Shown: positions 49,862 through 60,169 of the stretch, one piece after another | Layout of the letters: every line of letters begins with the position of its first letter | Numbering within the stretch: position 1 is the stretch's first letter | Assembly: GCA_037129555.1 (NCBI GenBank) | Contig: JBAXUS010000003.1 | Location: forward strand, 3,786-67,785 | DNA: 64,000 nucleotides | Direction: 5' to 3' | Origin: Planctomycetota bacterium | GTDB lineage: Bacteria > Planctomycetota > SZUA-567 > H5-PLA8 | Program-made: the position numbers and the translations under genes | Notes under the pieces: model-generated | Told to the model about the DNA's origin: nothing | The model's input: the letters and a program-made list of their open reading frames with translations, nothing else | The model's database searches: none

Positions 49862-49947
49862 AACAGCGAAACAAGTCCGGTGATGCGCCCAAAAGACATT
49901 GCAACTCTGTTTGATCGTGGGAAACCTGCGATGAATATGACATCGAT

Positions 49948-51195
49948 TTGAGTAAAAAGGGAGTGCGTTTGTTGAGCCAACACCGTCAAATAAAATGGAG
50001 TGCTGTCTGCGTGATGCTAGCCGGACTGGCGGGGTCGTGCGTGAGTGCAGGCGAGCTGGTGGCGCCGAAGCCGAGCGCTGCGGACGTGATCAAAAACATG
50101 CGCTCGTTTTGCAGCGGGTTGAACAGCTTGGCGTGCGAGATCGATTATAAGCGCGTGTTGAAATCCGCACGGCTCGACAGTGAACGCAGCGTACATTTCG
50201 ATGCTGCGTTTCAGCGTCCGAATTTGCTTTCGATTCTGATGAAAGACGAAGACCGCGTCACGTATGCATGGATTTGCGATGGTTCGGACGTGTCGACGTA
50301 CATGGCCGGCGCTGAAAAATACATGAAGTACAAAGCGCCTGGGGCGCTAGGAGAATTGCTCTCGGGTGAAGAAATTTACGTCGTCAAGCCGAGCCTTGAA
50401 GACGCGTTTTTGCTCGATGAATTGTCCGACAAGAGCGCGGTCGGACATCCGCTGAATGGAGTGACGTCGGTTGTGTATGTGGGACGAGATGATGTGCGCG
50501 GTGAAGCGGCGCATCATCTGCGATTGAATCGAAAGCAAGGGACGTGGGACCTTTGGGTTTCGGCGGGCCCGGCACCGCTGCCGCTGCGTATTCATTCGGA
50601 CACGTCCACGAGCGAGCCGATTCCGCCCGGGGGCAAAGCGGAGTTCACGGTTGAATTCACGCGTTGGCTTCCCGACGCGAAACTAGATCCGCGCGCATTT
50701 CAATTTGATCCGTCATCCAAAGCAAAACGCGTGAGCGGATTTTTGCCGGACGATCCGCCGCACCCGTTGTTGAATCGCCCGGCACCGGCGGCGAATTTGG
50801 AACTGCTCGACGGCAGCCGCACGACGCTGGCTGCGCATAAAGGGCGCAACGTGGTGGTGCTGGATTTTTGGTCGCTGTCGTGTGTGCCGTGCATCGGATT
50901 GATGCCAAAAGTGGACACGGTTGCGCAGCGTTTTAAAGCGCGCGGCGTGGTGTTTTATGCGATGAATGAAAATGACGCAGCGGCGGACATCCGCGACTTT
51001 TTGAAAGCGCGCGGCATCGCGTTGACTTCGACGTTGCATAATAAAGCGGCTAACTTTGCAGCGTTCAAAGTCGATTCAATTCCGCGCATGTTCGTCATCG
51101 ATAAAACGGGAACGATCCGCTTTGTTCACAGTGTTCAATCGAAAGATTTGGTGACTGAATTGTCGGAGCAACTTGAAAAGGTGTTGGGGGAGTAG
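49948..51195 (+). CDS. DUF2092 (LolA-like fold) + TlpA redoxin fusion
   Basis: Signal peptide; QRPNLL…CDG…WDLWVSAG..PLPLR; VVVLDFWSLSCVPC…SIP. Confidence 0.85.
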   Translation: MSKKGVRLLSQHRQIKWSAVCVMLAGLAGSCVSAGELVAPKPSAADVIKNMRSFCSGLNSLACEIDYKRVLKSARLDSERSVHFDAAFQRPNLLSILMKDEDRVTYAWICDGSDVSTYMAGAEKYMKYKAPGALGELLSGEEIYVVKPSLEDAFLLDELSDKSAVGHPLNGVTSVVYVGRDDVRGEAAHHLRLNRKQGTWDLWVSAGPAPLPLRIHSDTSTSEPIPPGGKAEFTVEFTRWLPDAKLDPRAFQFDPSSKAKRVSGFLPDDPPHPLLNRPAPAANLELLDGSRTTLAAHKGRNVVVLDFWSLSCVPCIGLMPKVDTVAQRFKARGVVFYAMNENDAAADIRDFLKARGIALTSTLHNKAANFAAFKVDSIPRMFVIDKTGTIRFVHSVQSKDLVTELSEQLEKVLGE

Positions 51196-51276
51196 CGGTT
51201 CGACGATTCGGAAGTCTGAACGATTGTGAAAAGCGAAACAATTTTGCCCTTGCCACTCGCAAAAATGAGTACATAA

Positions 51277-51297
51277 TCCCTATAGGAATACTAGGGA
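51277..51297 (+). promoter_or_regulatory. Putative Rrf2 operator overlapping a sigma70-like promoter
   Basis: TCCCTA-N9-TAGGGA dyad directly before the Rrf2 start; TTGCCA (51250) and CATAAT (51272) upstream. Confidence 0.6.
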
Positions 51298-51305
51298 ACA
51301 GATAC

Positions 51306-51749
51306 ATGAGGGTCTCTCAAAAGACAGAGTATGCCCTCCGGGCGATGCTGGAATTGGCGAAGCATGCGCAGCAGCCGAACCCGGTGCGAACGATGGACAT
51401 TGCGCGGAACCAGGCGATACCGGAGAAGTTTCTGGAATCGATTTTGGTCGAGTTGCGGCGTTCGAGTTTAGTGACCAGTCAGCGTGGGCCGGTGGGCGGG
51501 CATCGACTGGCGCGTGAGGCGGAGCGGATTTCGGTCGGCGATATTTGGCGGGCGATTGAAGGTCCGCCAGACGACTCGCAGGTGGCTAAAAGTGCGGCGG
51601 ATGGGCGCAATAAGCGCGTGGACAATCCGTTTGGATTTGTTTGGCAGCGCGTCAATCTGGCTGTCGCTGAAGCTGTCGATGGTGTAAGCCTTGAAGATGT
51701 TCTGCAACGTTCGGAGTCCGGGGAAGCTGTCGAGGATTTCGCGATTTAG
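51306..51749 (+). CDS. Rrf2-family regulator, CymR-like (no Cys)
   Basis: EYALRAM, IA..Q.IP..FLE.IL, SQRGPVGG; no cysteine; adjacent to cysK. Confidence 0.9.
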   Translation: MRVSQKTEYALRAMLELAKHAQQPNPVRTMDIARNQAIPEKFLESILVELRRSSLVTSQRGPVGGHRLAREAERISVGDIWRAIEGPPDDSQVAKSAADGRNKRVDNPFGFVWQRVNLAVAEAVDGVSLEDVLQRSESGEAVEDFAI

Positions 51750-51812
51750 CGGGGCTGAAATTTGAAGTGAGAACATGGAACGTCAACCACAGGTTTGAGG
51801 AGGCATCGCGTC

Positions 51813-52784
51813 ATGGGTCGAATATACGAAGACAATTCATTGAGTATCGGCAACACGCCGCTGGTTCGCATTAATCGCATCACGCAAGGCTGTGGCGCGA
51901 CGATTCTGGCGAAAATTGAAGGCCGCAATCCGGCGTATTCGGTGAAGTGCCGCTTGGGTGCCGCGATGATTTGGGCCGCTGAACGCGATGGTAAATTGCG
52001 CCAGGGTTCGAAGGATGTGACGGTCGTCGAACCGACGTCGGGCAACACTGGAATTGCGCTGGCGTTTGTGTGCGCGGCGCGCGGATACCCGCTGATTCTC
52101 ACGATGCCGGAAACGATGTCGCTGGAACGCCGCCGCATGTTGAAGGCGTTCGGCGCTGAATTGGTATTGACCGAAGGTGCCAAGGGCATGCCCGGCGCGA
52201 TCGCCAAAGCGGAAGAAATCGTCGCGAGCAACCCAGCGAAATATTTCATGCCGCAGCAGTTCAAAAACCCGGCGAATCCAGAGATTCATTTCAAGACGAC
52301 CGGCCCGGAAATCTGGGACGACACCGATGGCTTGATGGACATCTTCGTCGCAGGCGTGGGCACGGGCGGAACGATCACGGGTGTGACGCGCTACTTCAAA
52401 AATGAGAAGAAGCGCGCGATCCAATCGATCGCCGTCGAGCCGATTCATTCACCCATTTTGACGCAGATCCGTACGGGTCAACCGGTCAAGCCGGGCCCGC
52501 ACAAAATTCAAGGCGTGGGTGCTGGTTTCAAGCCCGACGTGATGGATTTGAACATCGTCGATGATATCGTCACGGTCACGAACGACGAATCGGTGGAAAT
52601 GGCCAAGCGCCTGCATCGCGAAGAAGGCATCACGTGCGGCATTTCGTGCGGTGCTGCGATGGCGGCTGCGTTGAAGGTCGGCCAGCGACCGGAGAACAAA
52701 GGCAAGCTGATCGTCACGGTCCTTCCGGACGCAGGCGAACGCTACTTGTCGAGCATCCTCTTCCAAGACATCCCGGCGCAGTAA
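51813..52784 (+). CDS. cysK: Cysteine synthase A
   Basis: [16 protein letters not shown] (PLP Lys), [26 protein letters not shown]; SD GAGGAGG. Confidence 0.97.
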   Translation: MGRIYEDNSLSIGNTPLVRINRITQGCGATILAKIEGRNPAYSVKCRLGAAMIWAAERDGKLRQGSKDVTVVEPTSGNTGIALAFVCAARGYPLILTMPETMSLERRRMLKAFGAELVLTEGAKGMPGAIAKAEEIVASNPAKYFMPQQFKNPANPEIHFKTTGPEIWDDTDGLMDIFVAGVGTGGTITGVTRYFKNEKKRAIQSIAVEPIHSPILTQIRTGQPVKPGPHKIQGVGAGFKPDVMDLNIVDDIVTVTNDESVEMAKRLHREEGITCGISCGAAMAAALKVGQRPENKGKLIVTVLPDAGERYLSSILFQDIPAQ

Positions 52785-52823
52785 GTACGCGGCGGTTTTT
52801 CACGGAACTGAATTTAATCCATA

Positions 52824-52860
52824 GCTGCAGAGCGGATCGTTCGCTCTGCAGTTTATTTTA
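52824..52860 (+). terminator. Terminator-like hairpin between cysK and the DUF2061 gene
   Basis: CTGCAGAGCG/CGCTCTGCAG stem followed by TTTATTTTA. Confidence 0.7.
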
Positions 52861-52904
52861 TAAACTGCTCGACACGAAGACCGAATAATGAAGGATTCGT
52901 TGAC

Positions 52905-53156
52905 ATGGAAAGTAAACGGCGCAGTATCGCCAAGACATGCAGTTGGCGGTTTCTCGCCACGATCATCACGATGTGTGTCGCGTATTTTATGACCACATCG
53001 ACCCATGGAACGATGGGTAATGGGAAGCTGGCGATGATTATCGGATTGATGGATACGTCGTTGAAATTCGGGGTCTACTTTTTTCACGAACGCATGTGGA
53101 ACAAAATCGACTACGGTCGCGAGATTCCGAAAAAGGCGGGCGACTTCGATATTTAA
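52905..53156 (+). CDS. DUF2061 small membrane protein
   Basis: RSIAKTCSWR…YFFHERMWNKI.YG family pattern. Confidence 0.9.
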   Translation: MESKRRSIAKTCSWRFLATIITMCVAYFMTTSTHGTMGNGKLAMIIGLMDTSLKFGVYFFHERMWNKIDYGREIPKKAGDFDI

Positions 53157-53165
53157 ATCGCGTAT

Positions 53166-54275
53166 TTATTTTTTCGGGAGCAGATGGTCCGGCGGATCTT
53201 TTTGTAGTACCTCGATGTAACTTTCACGCTTCTGCCGTGCGTACATCTCCTTTTTTTTCTGCTTGAATTTTTCGTTGTAAACAAGCGCTTCGGCTCGGTC
53301 GCTAACGTCATCGAATTTCTTAGTGTGCGCCTCCTGATGGCCGAGTCGGCGGATCAGGACGAAGGCTTCGCCATCATCCACCGGATCAGAAACCTCACCG
53401 TCCTTCATTGTCGCCGCGATTTTTTCTTCGGCGGGGAACGAGCGGGAAGGGAGATCGGTCAGGCCGTTGCGCGTCATCAAACCGCCATTGGGCGCGAAGA
53501 TGGGATCGTCGCTGATGGCTGAGGCGATCTTGGCGAAATCGCCACCGTCGTCGAGTTTCGCCTTCGTGCGCTTGGCAGCCGCGAGCGCCACTTCAGGTGA
53601 TGAGAATTTCTTTTTATCAATGCGAATCCGGGCGAGCCGCCACGCTTCAGTCTGGCCGAATTGCTCCGGATGCTTTTCGTAATAGTCCTTGATCTCCATC
53701 GGCCGGACCATGATCTGGCCCATTTCCATACCGAGGATGTCGCGCCGGAACAGTTCTTTTGGAAGATTGTCTTCCCAAGCCTGCATCGTCTGGCCACTGC
53801 GCTTCAAAGCAGTGCGCAATTCTTCTTCGCCACCGGCGGCGATAATTTTTTCGCGGCGAAGTTTGCGGACGTAATCCGATTCGAGGCGATGGAACATTTC
53901 GAGTGCTTTATCGCTGCCGACGACGGCCCCGGCGCGTTGCAGATAGAATGTCATGATTTCGCGTTTGCGCTTGTCGGCGCGTTGGTCGAGCAGTTTGTCC
54001 TGAGTGGCGGTGTCGAGCGCTTCAGTCCACGCGAGGCGGATGGCGCTTTCAAGAGTGTCAGCCGCCATTTCGCCGCGCCGGAGCTTATCCTGGATCAGCA
54101 CGAGGCTGTCGTTGAACAGCACTTCAACATCCTTCACGCTGACGTTCTGCGAGTTCACTTTGACCGCGACGGCGTTGAGCATGAAACGGTCGCCATCCGC
54201 CGCGCGCAATTCGGGTGGCGTTCCGAGGGTCACGGCGGCCAGAAACACGAGAGCAGGTAGTGCACGATTCATCAT
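53166..54275 (-). CDS. SurA/PpiC-type peptidyl-prolyl isomerase chaperone
   Basis: Signal peptide, VAVKVN, EIKDYYEKH, GGDFAKIA..ISDD…NGG, GEVSDPV. Confidence 0.85.
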   Translation of the reverse strand: MMNRALPALVFLAAVTLGTPPELRAADGDRFMLNAVAVKVNSQNVSVKDVEVLFNDSLVLIQDKLRRGEMAADTLESAIRLAWTEALDTATQDKLLDQRADKRKREIMTFYLQRAGAVVGSDKALEMFHRLESDYVRKLRREKIIAAGGEEELRTALKRSGQTMQAWEDNLPKELFRRDILGMEMGQIMVRPMEIKDYYEKHPEQFGQTEAWRLARIRIDKKKFSSPEVALAAAKRTKAKLDDGGDFAKIASAISDDPIFAPNGGLMTRNGLTDLPSRSFPAEEKIAATMKDGEVSDPVDDGEAFVLIRRLGHQEAHTKKFDDVSDRAEALVYNEKFKQKKKEMYARQKRESYIEVLQKDPPDHLLPKK

Positions 54276-57200
54276 CACGGTTTTCCGTTTCGATTGGATT
54301 GGGCGTTGGGATCAGGTTTCTTCGGTGCAGGTCCGGCCGCACTTGTTGGTGTGGTTCCGAGTGGCGGGATGGGTGCGGGTGGCGGTGTCACCTCGGGCTC
54401 GGCGAAGAGGAGAATTTTCAACGAGTCGAGCGGACTCAAGAGCGGCGTTTCGGGCCGGGCCACAGTGGTCAGAGCGACGGTGTCTTGAATTTTCGGAGGC
54501 ATCTTGACGGCGCGGTCCACGAGGGTCAAACGAGTCAGGCGCGATGACAATGTGCCGGGAAGTCCTGCGCCTAAACGGTCTGCGAGCATGGCTGCGGAAA
54601 GCAGTGCGGCGTCCTCTTTGCCCCAGACGCGGAGCAGGTGTTCACGCGCTTTTGCAAGTGATTCGGCGTCGGTGATCGCATCGATTCCAAAGAGCGCGGA
54701 GCGGGCCATGGTGCTGGCGTCGGTCCACGGGAATTTGACTGACGGTGCGGCGAGCGGGCCGGAGAGGCGCAGCGGCATACGTCCGGCATTCATCGACGTC
54801 AGGAACAATTGGCTCAATACTGCAGGCCACTTTTGCAACGCCATGCGGTCCTGCGCGTCCTGGGGCAAAGCAGTGGCGTAAATCAAGGCGTCGTCGGCGA
54901 ACGTTTCGTCGGCGAGGTTGATTTTGAGATTGCGAATTCGGATGTCAAACCCGGCGCTGGCTCCTTTGCCTTTCAATTCAAACGGCTCGAATTCAGCGAG
55001 GCCTTTGTCGATGCGGACGGTGGTCGAAAACGGTTCGAATTCCATGCGCGGTAATTCGACACCGCAGACTTTTGCGAAGTACAATTCGGCGCAGGCGAGG
55101 AAGCCGTCGAAGACGGTCGCGGCGTTTGAGGTTGGGAGCGGGCTGGGACCGCTCATGTCGATGACTGGCGTTGAATCGGTGGCGGCGGCGCGAGCCATAA
55201 GCGGGCCGCGACCGGCTGCGTGGTTTTTAAAATGCTCCATCCACGGCAGCGGAGCGGTGGCGTTTTCAGTGGGGACGATGGGAGCGCCAATTGAAAAATC
55301 AGCGAACTCGATTTTCAGCGCGCCGCTCCAGCTGAGACGGTCCATACCTTTGAAATCGACGCCATTGAACGGACCTTGCGCGCTGATTTTTCCGCAGACG
55401 GTGTAGCGCGCGGGAGTCTGTTGCGGGCCGCCGATGAATTGACACAGGTCGCCACCGGTGAACATCACGCGCTGGGAGTGGCGCAGTCCGCGCGCTCCGC
55501 CGCCGACACTGCTCTTCGCGGCCATTTTGGAAAAATCGTATTCAGCGTCTTCGATTTTCAAGCGACCGTTGAGGAGCGCAGATGACGCGAGTGGCATGGA
55601 CAATTTCAAGTCGCGGAAGACGACGTTGTGGGTTTCAAATTGAGCGGCTTCAAGGCCTGCGAGCGATACGCCGGGTGCTTTCATTCCGCCATTAACGAAG
55701 AGCTTCGCGATCAGTGGCCAGCCGAGTACACCGGTCGGAAGAGCGTCAGGAGCGACGGTTTTCAAAGCGCGTCGCAGATCGGCGAGTTGCTCGTCGGTGA
55801 GCGCTTTTTCGCATTCGACATCGCCTCGGATTTCGAGTGGCAGGCCGGGTGTACTGAAAGCTGAAGCGAGGCCCATTTTGGGGTCAGCGGCTTTGATATG
55901 GAGCTTGGGAATTGAGAATTTTTGAATGCGTCGCGCTTTTTGAATGTCGCCGTCTGAACTGCTGAACGGCACCCATTCGCGGATGACCGCCGTAAAATTT
56001 TTACATGAGATGTCGTTCGCCGAGATGCGCAGTCGTCCGCCCAATTCGACGCTGTGTTCAGGCGTCGCGTCGATGCGAACGGAGTCGAGATCGCCTTCCA
56101 ATTCGAAGGCGTCTAAATCGGGCTGAAATCCAAAACGGCGAGGGTCATCGGGGTCGATTTTGGGTCGAAGCTTTGGCGGGAGGGTGGAGAGGAGGGCCGT
56201 CAAGCCGCCCTTGTAGGCGAACGCGGCATTTTTTAATTTACCGGCTCCCTGGTCGTTCCGGAGGCCGAGCCGCCAGAGTTCAGGCAGGCCGCGCAAATTG
56301 AGCGACGGTGATGTGAGTCGCGCTTCGAGTTTGTCGCTGCGCCAGTCGAAATGCGGAACCGCGCCTACGCATTCGAAAGCGGGGCTTTTCAGGCCGAAGT
56401 TTTCGACCGAGAATTGGAACGCGGGACCGGTGGGTGCGGTGAGGAAGTTGCGCATTTCGAAGTCGCCGAATTTTCCGGACACGTTCAGTTTCGCGATCGA
56501 TGTTGGGAGGACGCCGCGTGTGGAGGCGCAGCCTTCAAGCATGACTTTGAACGGTTCGTTGGCGGGCTTGTCGAAATCGAATTGCAGGCCGGGAATCGTG
56601 GCTCGGAGGCGCGCGTTGTCGAATGAGATGTCACCGTGGATTGACGCGGCCCCATCTTTGTTGAGCGACAGTCCGAGGGCGACGGTCCACGGATGCGTCA
56701 GCGAAAGCGAGGGGCCAGGGCCGTCGTCGGTGGGAGGAAATTGAATGTTGAAATCGCTGCGGAACGAGCCGTTCAGTCGCCACGTGTCGTCATAATTGAG
56801 GTCGCGCGCGAGCTGTACTTGCTCTGCACGCCAGACGCCTTCGGGCTCCCAGGTCTTGTCGCGAATTCCGGCGAAGAGCGATGGAATTTTGCGCGCAACG
56901 TCCCCGGTTTTGAAGGTCTGCTCCACCCATTTGCGAAATAGTTTTGCGTCGAGTTCGAGCGATTGGATGCGCAGTTCTTTTCCGAGATGATCGAAGAAGG
57001 CGGACGGTCCGCTTTCGTCGAGCCATCCGGCGGCGCGTTCGGCGAGTGTCGATTGGTTCGGCTGTGTTGGGAACAACCGCGCAGAAATGCCGCGCACTTT
57101 GGACAGCGTCCCAGTGGCGGACAGTGACGTGATGTAAAAATCACCGCTCTGTTTGAAATCGAATTTAGCGAGATCCAGCGAGTCTTTCGCGCGGTCGAAC

Positions 57201-60169
57201 ACCATTTCCAGGACGAGTGTTCCGGAGACGGGGTCGAGCGGGTCGAGGATGCCGATGGCTTTGGCGAGTAGGGAGGCCTGTGGAGAAATGGTGCCGGAGA
57301 GGGTCATGCTGGCGAGCGCGTCGGTCCACGTTTTGTTCGCGGCGGTGCGCAGGCCGGGGAGGGCGAGGAGGTCGAGTTCGTTGAGCCGCAGTGAAAAACG
57401 GCCGAGACTGCCTTCGACGGCGAGCGTGTCGATGTTTAATAAACGCAGCTTGTCCGGCTCTTCAGGGCTTGTACTCAGACATTGCTCGTAGGAGCCGACG
57501 AGTTCCATGGAGAGCTTCGGTTCGTTCCATTGTCCGACGACTCGCGGGGCTCCCGGCGCGCCCGGAGTAGTGGGTTCGAAGGACTGCGCTTTAAAGCCGG
57601 CGCGGGTGCTGAATTCGAAATCGACGTGGTCGGTTGCGTTGGCTGTTTCGGAGGAGACGCGTTTGATTTTGACGCGGCCTTCGTGGTGGATCGATCCGGT
57701 CGCGTCGGAGGAATTGTAGACTTTGAGGAGGTCTCCACCGGTCTTGCCGGTAAGGAATCCTGATTTCAGAAGTACTTCGATGTAGGGGCTGAAGCGGTCG
57801 CGGAAGGCGGCGACGTCGGCGTCGATTTTGATGCCGGGCTCGTGGGTGTCGTTGCCGTTTTTGTCGAGGTGGATGAGTTCAATTGCTTCGCATCCGTCGC
57901 GCCGAGTGCAATTGGCTTCGACGGAGATATCGAGATGTTTTTCGCCGGTTGAGAACGTGTGGAGATTCAATGTGAGAAAAGGGAGCGCACCCAGCAAACG
58001 CGGGTCGCGGGTGTCGCGCATGAGTTTGTTAAAATACAAATCCAGTTCGAGTTTCACGGGCGCGGGATCGTTTGCTGCAACGGTGCGGAGTTGCCCTGGG
58101 ACGGCGGCGGGCTTCCACGTGCGCGAGGCCGTGCCGACGGAGTGAATGCCGACGATATTTTTGCGGCCGTGAACGAGGACTTCGAGCGCGAAGTCTTCGT
58201 TCAAAGCGTCTTTCAATCCGAACAAGGAAAGGATCGGCGAGAATTCGCGGCAGAAGTCGCTGCCACGCAGATCGAGTTTGAATTTTGCTTCGGCGGCGAG
58301 GCGGTCTTCTTTACGATTGAATTCAATCCGCGAGGCGGTTTCACTGCGCGCGGTGAAGGACGATGCGACGAGGGAGAATTGGGCGAGGTCGATGTAATCC
58401 AAATCACCGACCGCGTCGCGCTTGGCGTTGCCGATGCACTCGAAATTCAGCGGGATTGGCTGCTTCAGCGGCGGCTTGGATGGGTCTTTGAGATCGCGGA
58501 GATTGACATAGGTGTCTTTGCCATCGAACTTCGCAACGATTTTGAGGCCGTTGTTGGCATCGACGATCACATCGGCTCGACCATTGAGGGAACCGCCGAG
58601 GCTGCCGTCGAGCTTCAAGCGCTGGCCGACATCGGTGTTGAGTAATTCTTTCAATTCGCAGTTGAGTTCGACGAGATACGTGCTGGTGCTGGTGTTCGGA
58701 TTCATCGCGCCGTTGGCGCTGAGCGTCAAGAATGCCGGGTCGCGGCGGGATGGGTGCGTCCAGCTTTTGAGGGTCAGGTTCACGTTGCGGGGAACAAATG
58801 ACGCGCCGTCTTTATCCTCTTTGATGAAATGCAATTCGTCGCATTTCAGGTCGCTCGAAATGTTGCCGAACGAGGGCTTGCCCTCTTCTTTGATGGAGAT
58901 CAGACTGTCGCTGGTGACGCGGCCACGGATGGTGATGTCGCGGGGGGTTGGGGCGTCGATTTCGACGCGACCGTCGAAGGGTTTTCCGAGCACGACTTTG
59001 AAGTTGGCGTCGTTGGGTTCCCAGGCGTAGCCGAAATGTTCGAAGACGCGGGCGAGGTCAAATTTTGCCATGGTGATCACGAGGGACTCGGCGCTGAACT
59101 TGGACACATCGAGGGCGCAGACGTCGTCGAGCAGACCGATTTTGCCCGTGATGGAGAGCGTCCCCAGTTCGGGCGGTTTGGGGATGGCGTTGACCCGCAT
59201 CTCACATTTTTCAATGTCAACTGGAATCCCAGGGCCTTTCAGGCGCAGTGCGAGGTCGATGTTTTCAAGGCTTGTTTCAGCGATATTGTTGAACGGGTCG
59301 CGCAGGCGCACGACACCTTTTTTGAGCGTTAGGATGGCGTTCAATTTTGTGAGCGGGAGGCGATGGGCGCGGCCCGCGTTGACTTTTTGAATGCAATCAT
59401 CAATGTTCAACGTGCCGTCGGTTTTGGAGCGTTCGAGAACGATCTCGGGTACGTGGCCTCCGATGTCGCCGTCTATGGTGATGTCGAGGTTGAGGAGTTC
59501 GCGTTTCCAGCTGAGGATGAACGCCCAGGCATCGAACTTCACGACGATGTTGGGAATGGAGACGAAGTTCGATGGCGCGGATTGAAAATCGAAGCGTTCT
59601 TTGATTTTGAGATTCGAAATATCGATGCGCCCGTCCCAAAAACGAACATCGAATTTCTCGACGTCGACGTCATCGCCGGAACGTCCAAGGGTGTCGTGAA
59701 CGGTGTCTTTGATGCGGCGGCGGAGCGAGTCTTCGCCGAGCACCACGAAGCGGACGTAGATGAAGGAAATCAGGAGTAGGGCGGCGGTACTGAGGACGGA
59801 ATACAGCGCGATGCGAGCCCATTTACCAGTCCCGGGGCTGGCGGCTTTTAGCTCTTTGCCGCGTTGCAAGGTCAATTGGACGGAGCCGATGCCGATGCGT
59901 TGGCCGGGGAGGACCATGGTGGGTCCGGTGACCAGACTGCCTTCGACGGTGATGGCGGCGCGCGGCGTGTCGGGGGAGACGTCAAGGTAAGACGGACGGA
60001 TTAAAAGCTTGTCGCCATCGGCTCGAAGGTAGGCGTGAGTGGGTAAAATGCCGTCGTCGCGGATGCAGATGTCGCACGCCGCGTCGCTGCCCACTCGGCT
60101 TTCGCCCGGTGGAAGGGGGAAGGAGCCGAGCGCTCCGAAGAGCAGAAAATCAGAACGGGTCGGCTTCAA
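54275..60169 (-). CDS. Giant membrane-anchored protein: degenerate FHA + TM + AsmA-like beta-rich repeats
   Basis: N-terminal FHA-like fold, one TM helix, AsmA-like PEIVLERSKTDGTLNIDD and C-terminal MPLRLSGPLAAPSV; amphipathic beta pattern throughout. Confidence 0.7.
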   Translation of the reverse strand: MKPTRSDFLLFGALGSFPLPPGESRVGSDAACDICIRDDGILPTHAYLRADGDKLLIRPSYLDVSPDTPRAAITVEGSLVTGPTMVLPGQRIGIGSVQLTLQRGKELKAASPGTGKWARIALYSVLSTAALLLISFIYVRFVVLGEDSLRRRIKDTVHDTLGRSGDDVDVEKFDVRFWDGRIDISNLKIKERFDFQSAPSNFVSIPNIVVKFDAWAFILSWKRELLNLDITIDGDIGGHVPEIVLERSKTDGTLNIDDCIQKVNAGRAHRLPLTKLNAILTLKKGVVRLRDPFNNIAETSLENIDLALRLKGPGIPVDIEKCEMRVNAIPKPPELGTLSITGKIGLLDDVCALDVSKFSAESLVITMAKFDLARVFEHFGYAWEPNDANFKVVLGKPFDGRVEIDAPTPRDITIRGRVTSDSLISIKEEGKPSFGNISSDLKCDELHFIKEDKDGASFVPRNVNLTLKSWTHPSRRDPAFLTLSANGAMNPNTSTSTYLVELNCELKELLNTDVGQRLKLDGSLGGSLNGRADVIVDANNGLKIVAKFDGKDTYVNLRDLKDPSKPPLKQPIPLNFECIGNAKRDAVGDLDYIDLAQFSLVASSFTARSETASRIEFNRKEDRLAAEAKFKLDLRGSDFCREFSPILSLFGLKDALNEDFALEVLVHGRKNIVGIHSVGTASRTWKPAAVPGQLRTVAANDPAPVKLELDLYFNKLMRDTRDPRLLGALPFLTLNLHTFSTGEKHLDISVEANCTRRDGCEAIELIHLDKNGNDTHEPGIKIDADVAAFRDRFSPYIEVLLKSGFLTGKTGGDLLKVYNSSDATGSIHHEGRVKIKRVSSETANATDHVDFEFSTRAGFKAQSFEPTTPGAPGAPRVVGQWNEPKLSMELVGSYEQCLSTSPEEPDKLRLLNIDTLAVEGSLGRFSLRLNELDLLALPGLRTAANKTWTDALASMTLSGTISPQASLLAKAIGILDPLDPVSGTLVLEMVFDRAKDSLDLAKFDFKQSGDFYITSLSATGTLSKVRGISARLFPTQPNQSTLAERAAGWLDESGPSAFFDHLGKELRIQSLELDAKLFRKWVEQTFKTGDVARKIPSLFAGIRDKTWEPEGVWRAEQVQLARDLNYDDTWRLNGSFRSDFNIQFPPTDDGPGPSLSLTHPWTVALGLSLNKDGAASIHGDISFDNARLRATIPGLQFDFDKPANEPFKVMLEGCASTRGVLPTSIAKLNVSGKFGDFEMRNFLTAPTGPAFQFSVENFGLKSPAFECVGAVPHFDWRSDKLEARLTSPSLNLRGLPELWRLGLRNDQGAGKLKNAAFAYKGGLTALLSTLPPKLRPKIDPDDPRRFGFQPDLDAFELEGDLDSVRIDATPEHSVELGGRLRISANDISCKNFTAVIREWVPFSSSDGDIQKARRIQKFSIPKLHIKAADPKMGLASAFSTPGLPLEIRGDVECEKALTDEQLADLRRALKTVAPDALPTGVLGWPLIAKLFVNGGMKAPGVSLAGLEAAQFETHNVVFRDLKLSMPLASSALLNGRLKIEDAEYDFSKMAAKSSVGGGARGLRHSQRVMFTGGDLCQFIGGPQQTPARYTVCGKISAQGPFNGVDFKGMDRLSWSGALKIEFADFSIGAPIVPTENATAPLPWMEHFKNHAAGRGPLMARAAATDSTPVIDMSGPSPLPTSNAATVFDGFLACAELYFAKVCGVELPRMEFEPFSTTVRIDKGLAEFEPFELKGKGASAGFDIRIRNLKINLADETFADDALIYATALPQDAQDRMALQKWPAVLSQLFLTSMNAGRMPLRLSGPLAAPSVKFPWTDASTMARSALFGIDAITDAESLAKAREHLLRVWGKEDAALLSAAMLADRLGAGLPGTLSSRLTRLTLVDRAVKMPPKIQDTVALTTVARPETPLLSPLDSLKILLFAEPEVTPPPAPIPPLGTTPTSAAGPAPKKPDPNAQSNRNGKP

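Noticed and set aside
51306-51749. IscR/NsrR assignment
   Set aside because: The protein has no cysteines to ligate an Fe-S cluster; the context is cysK.
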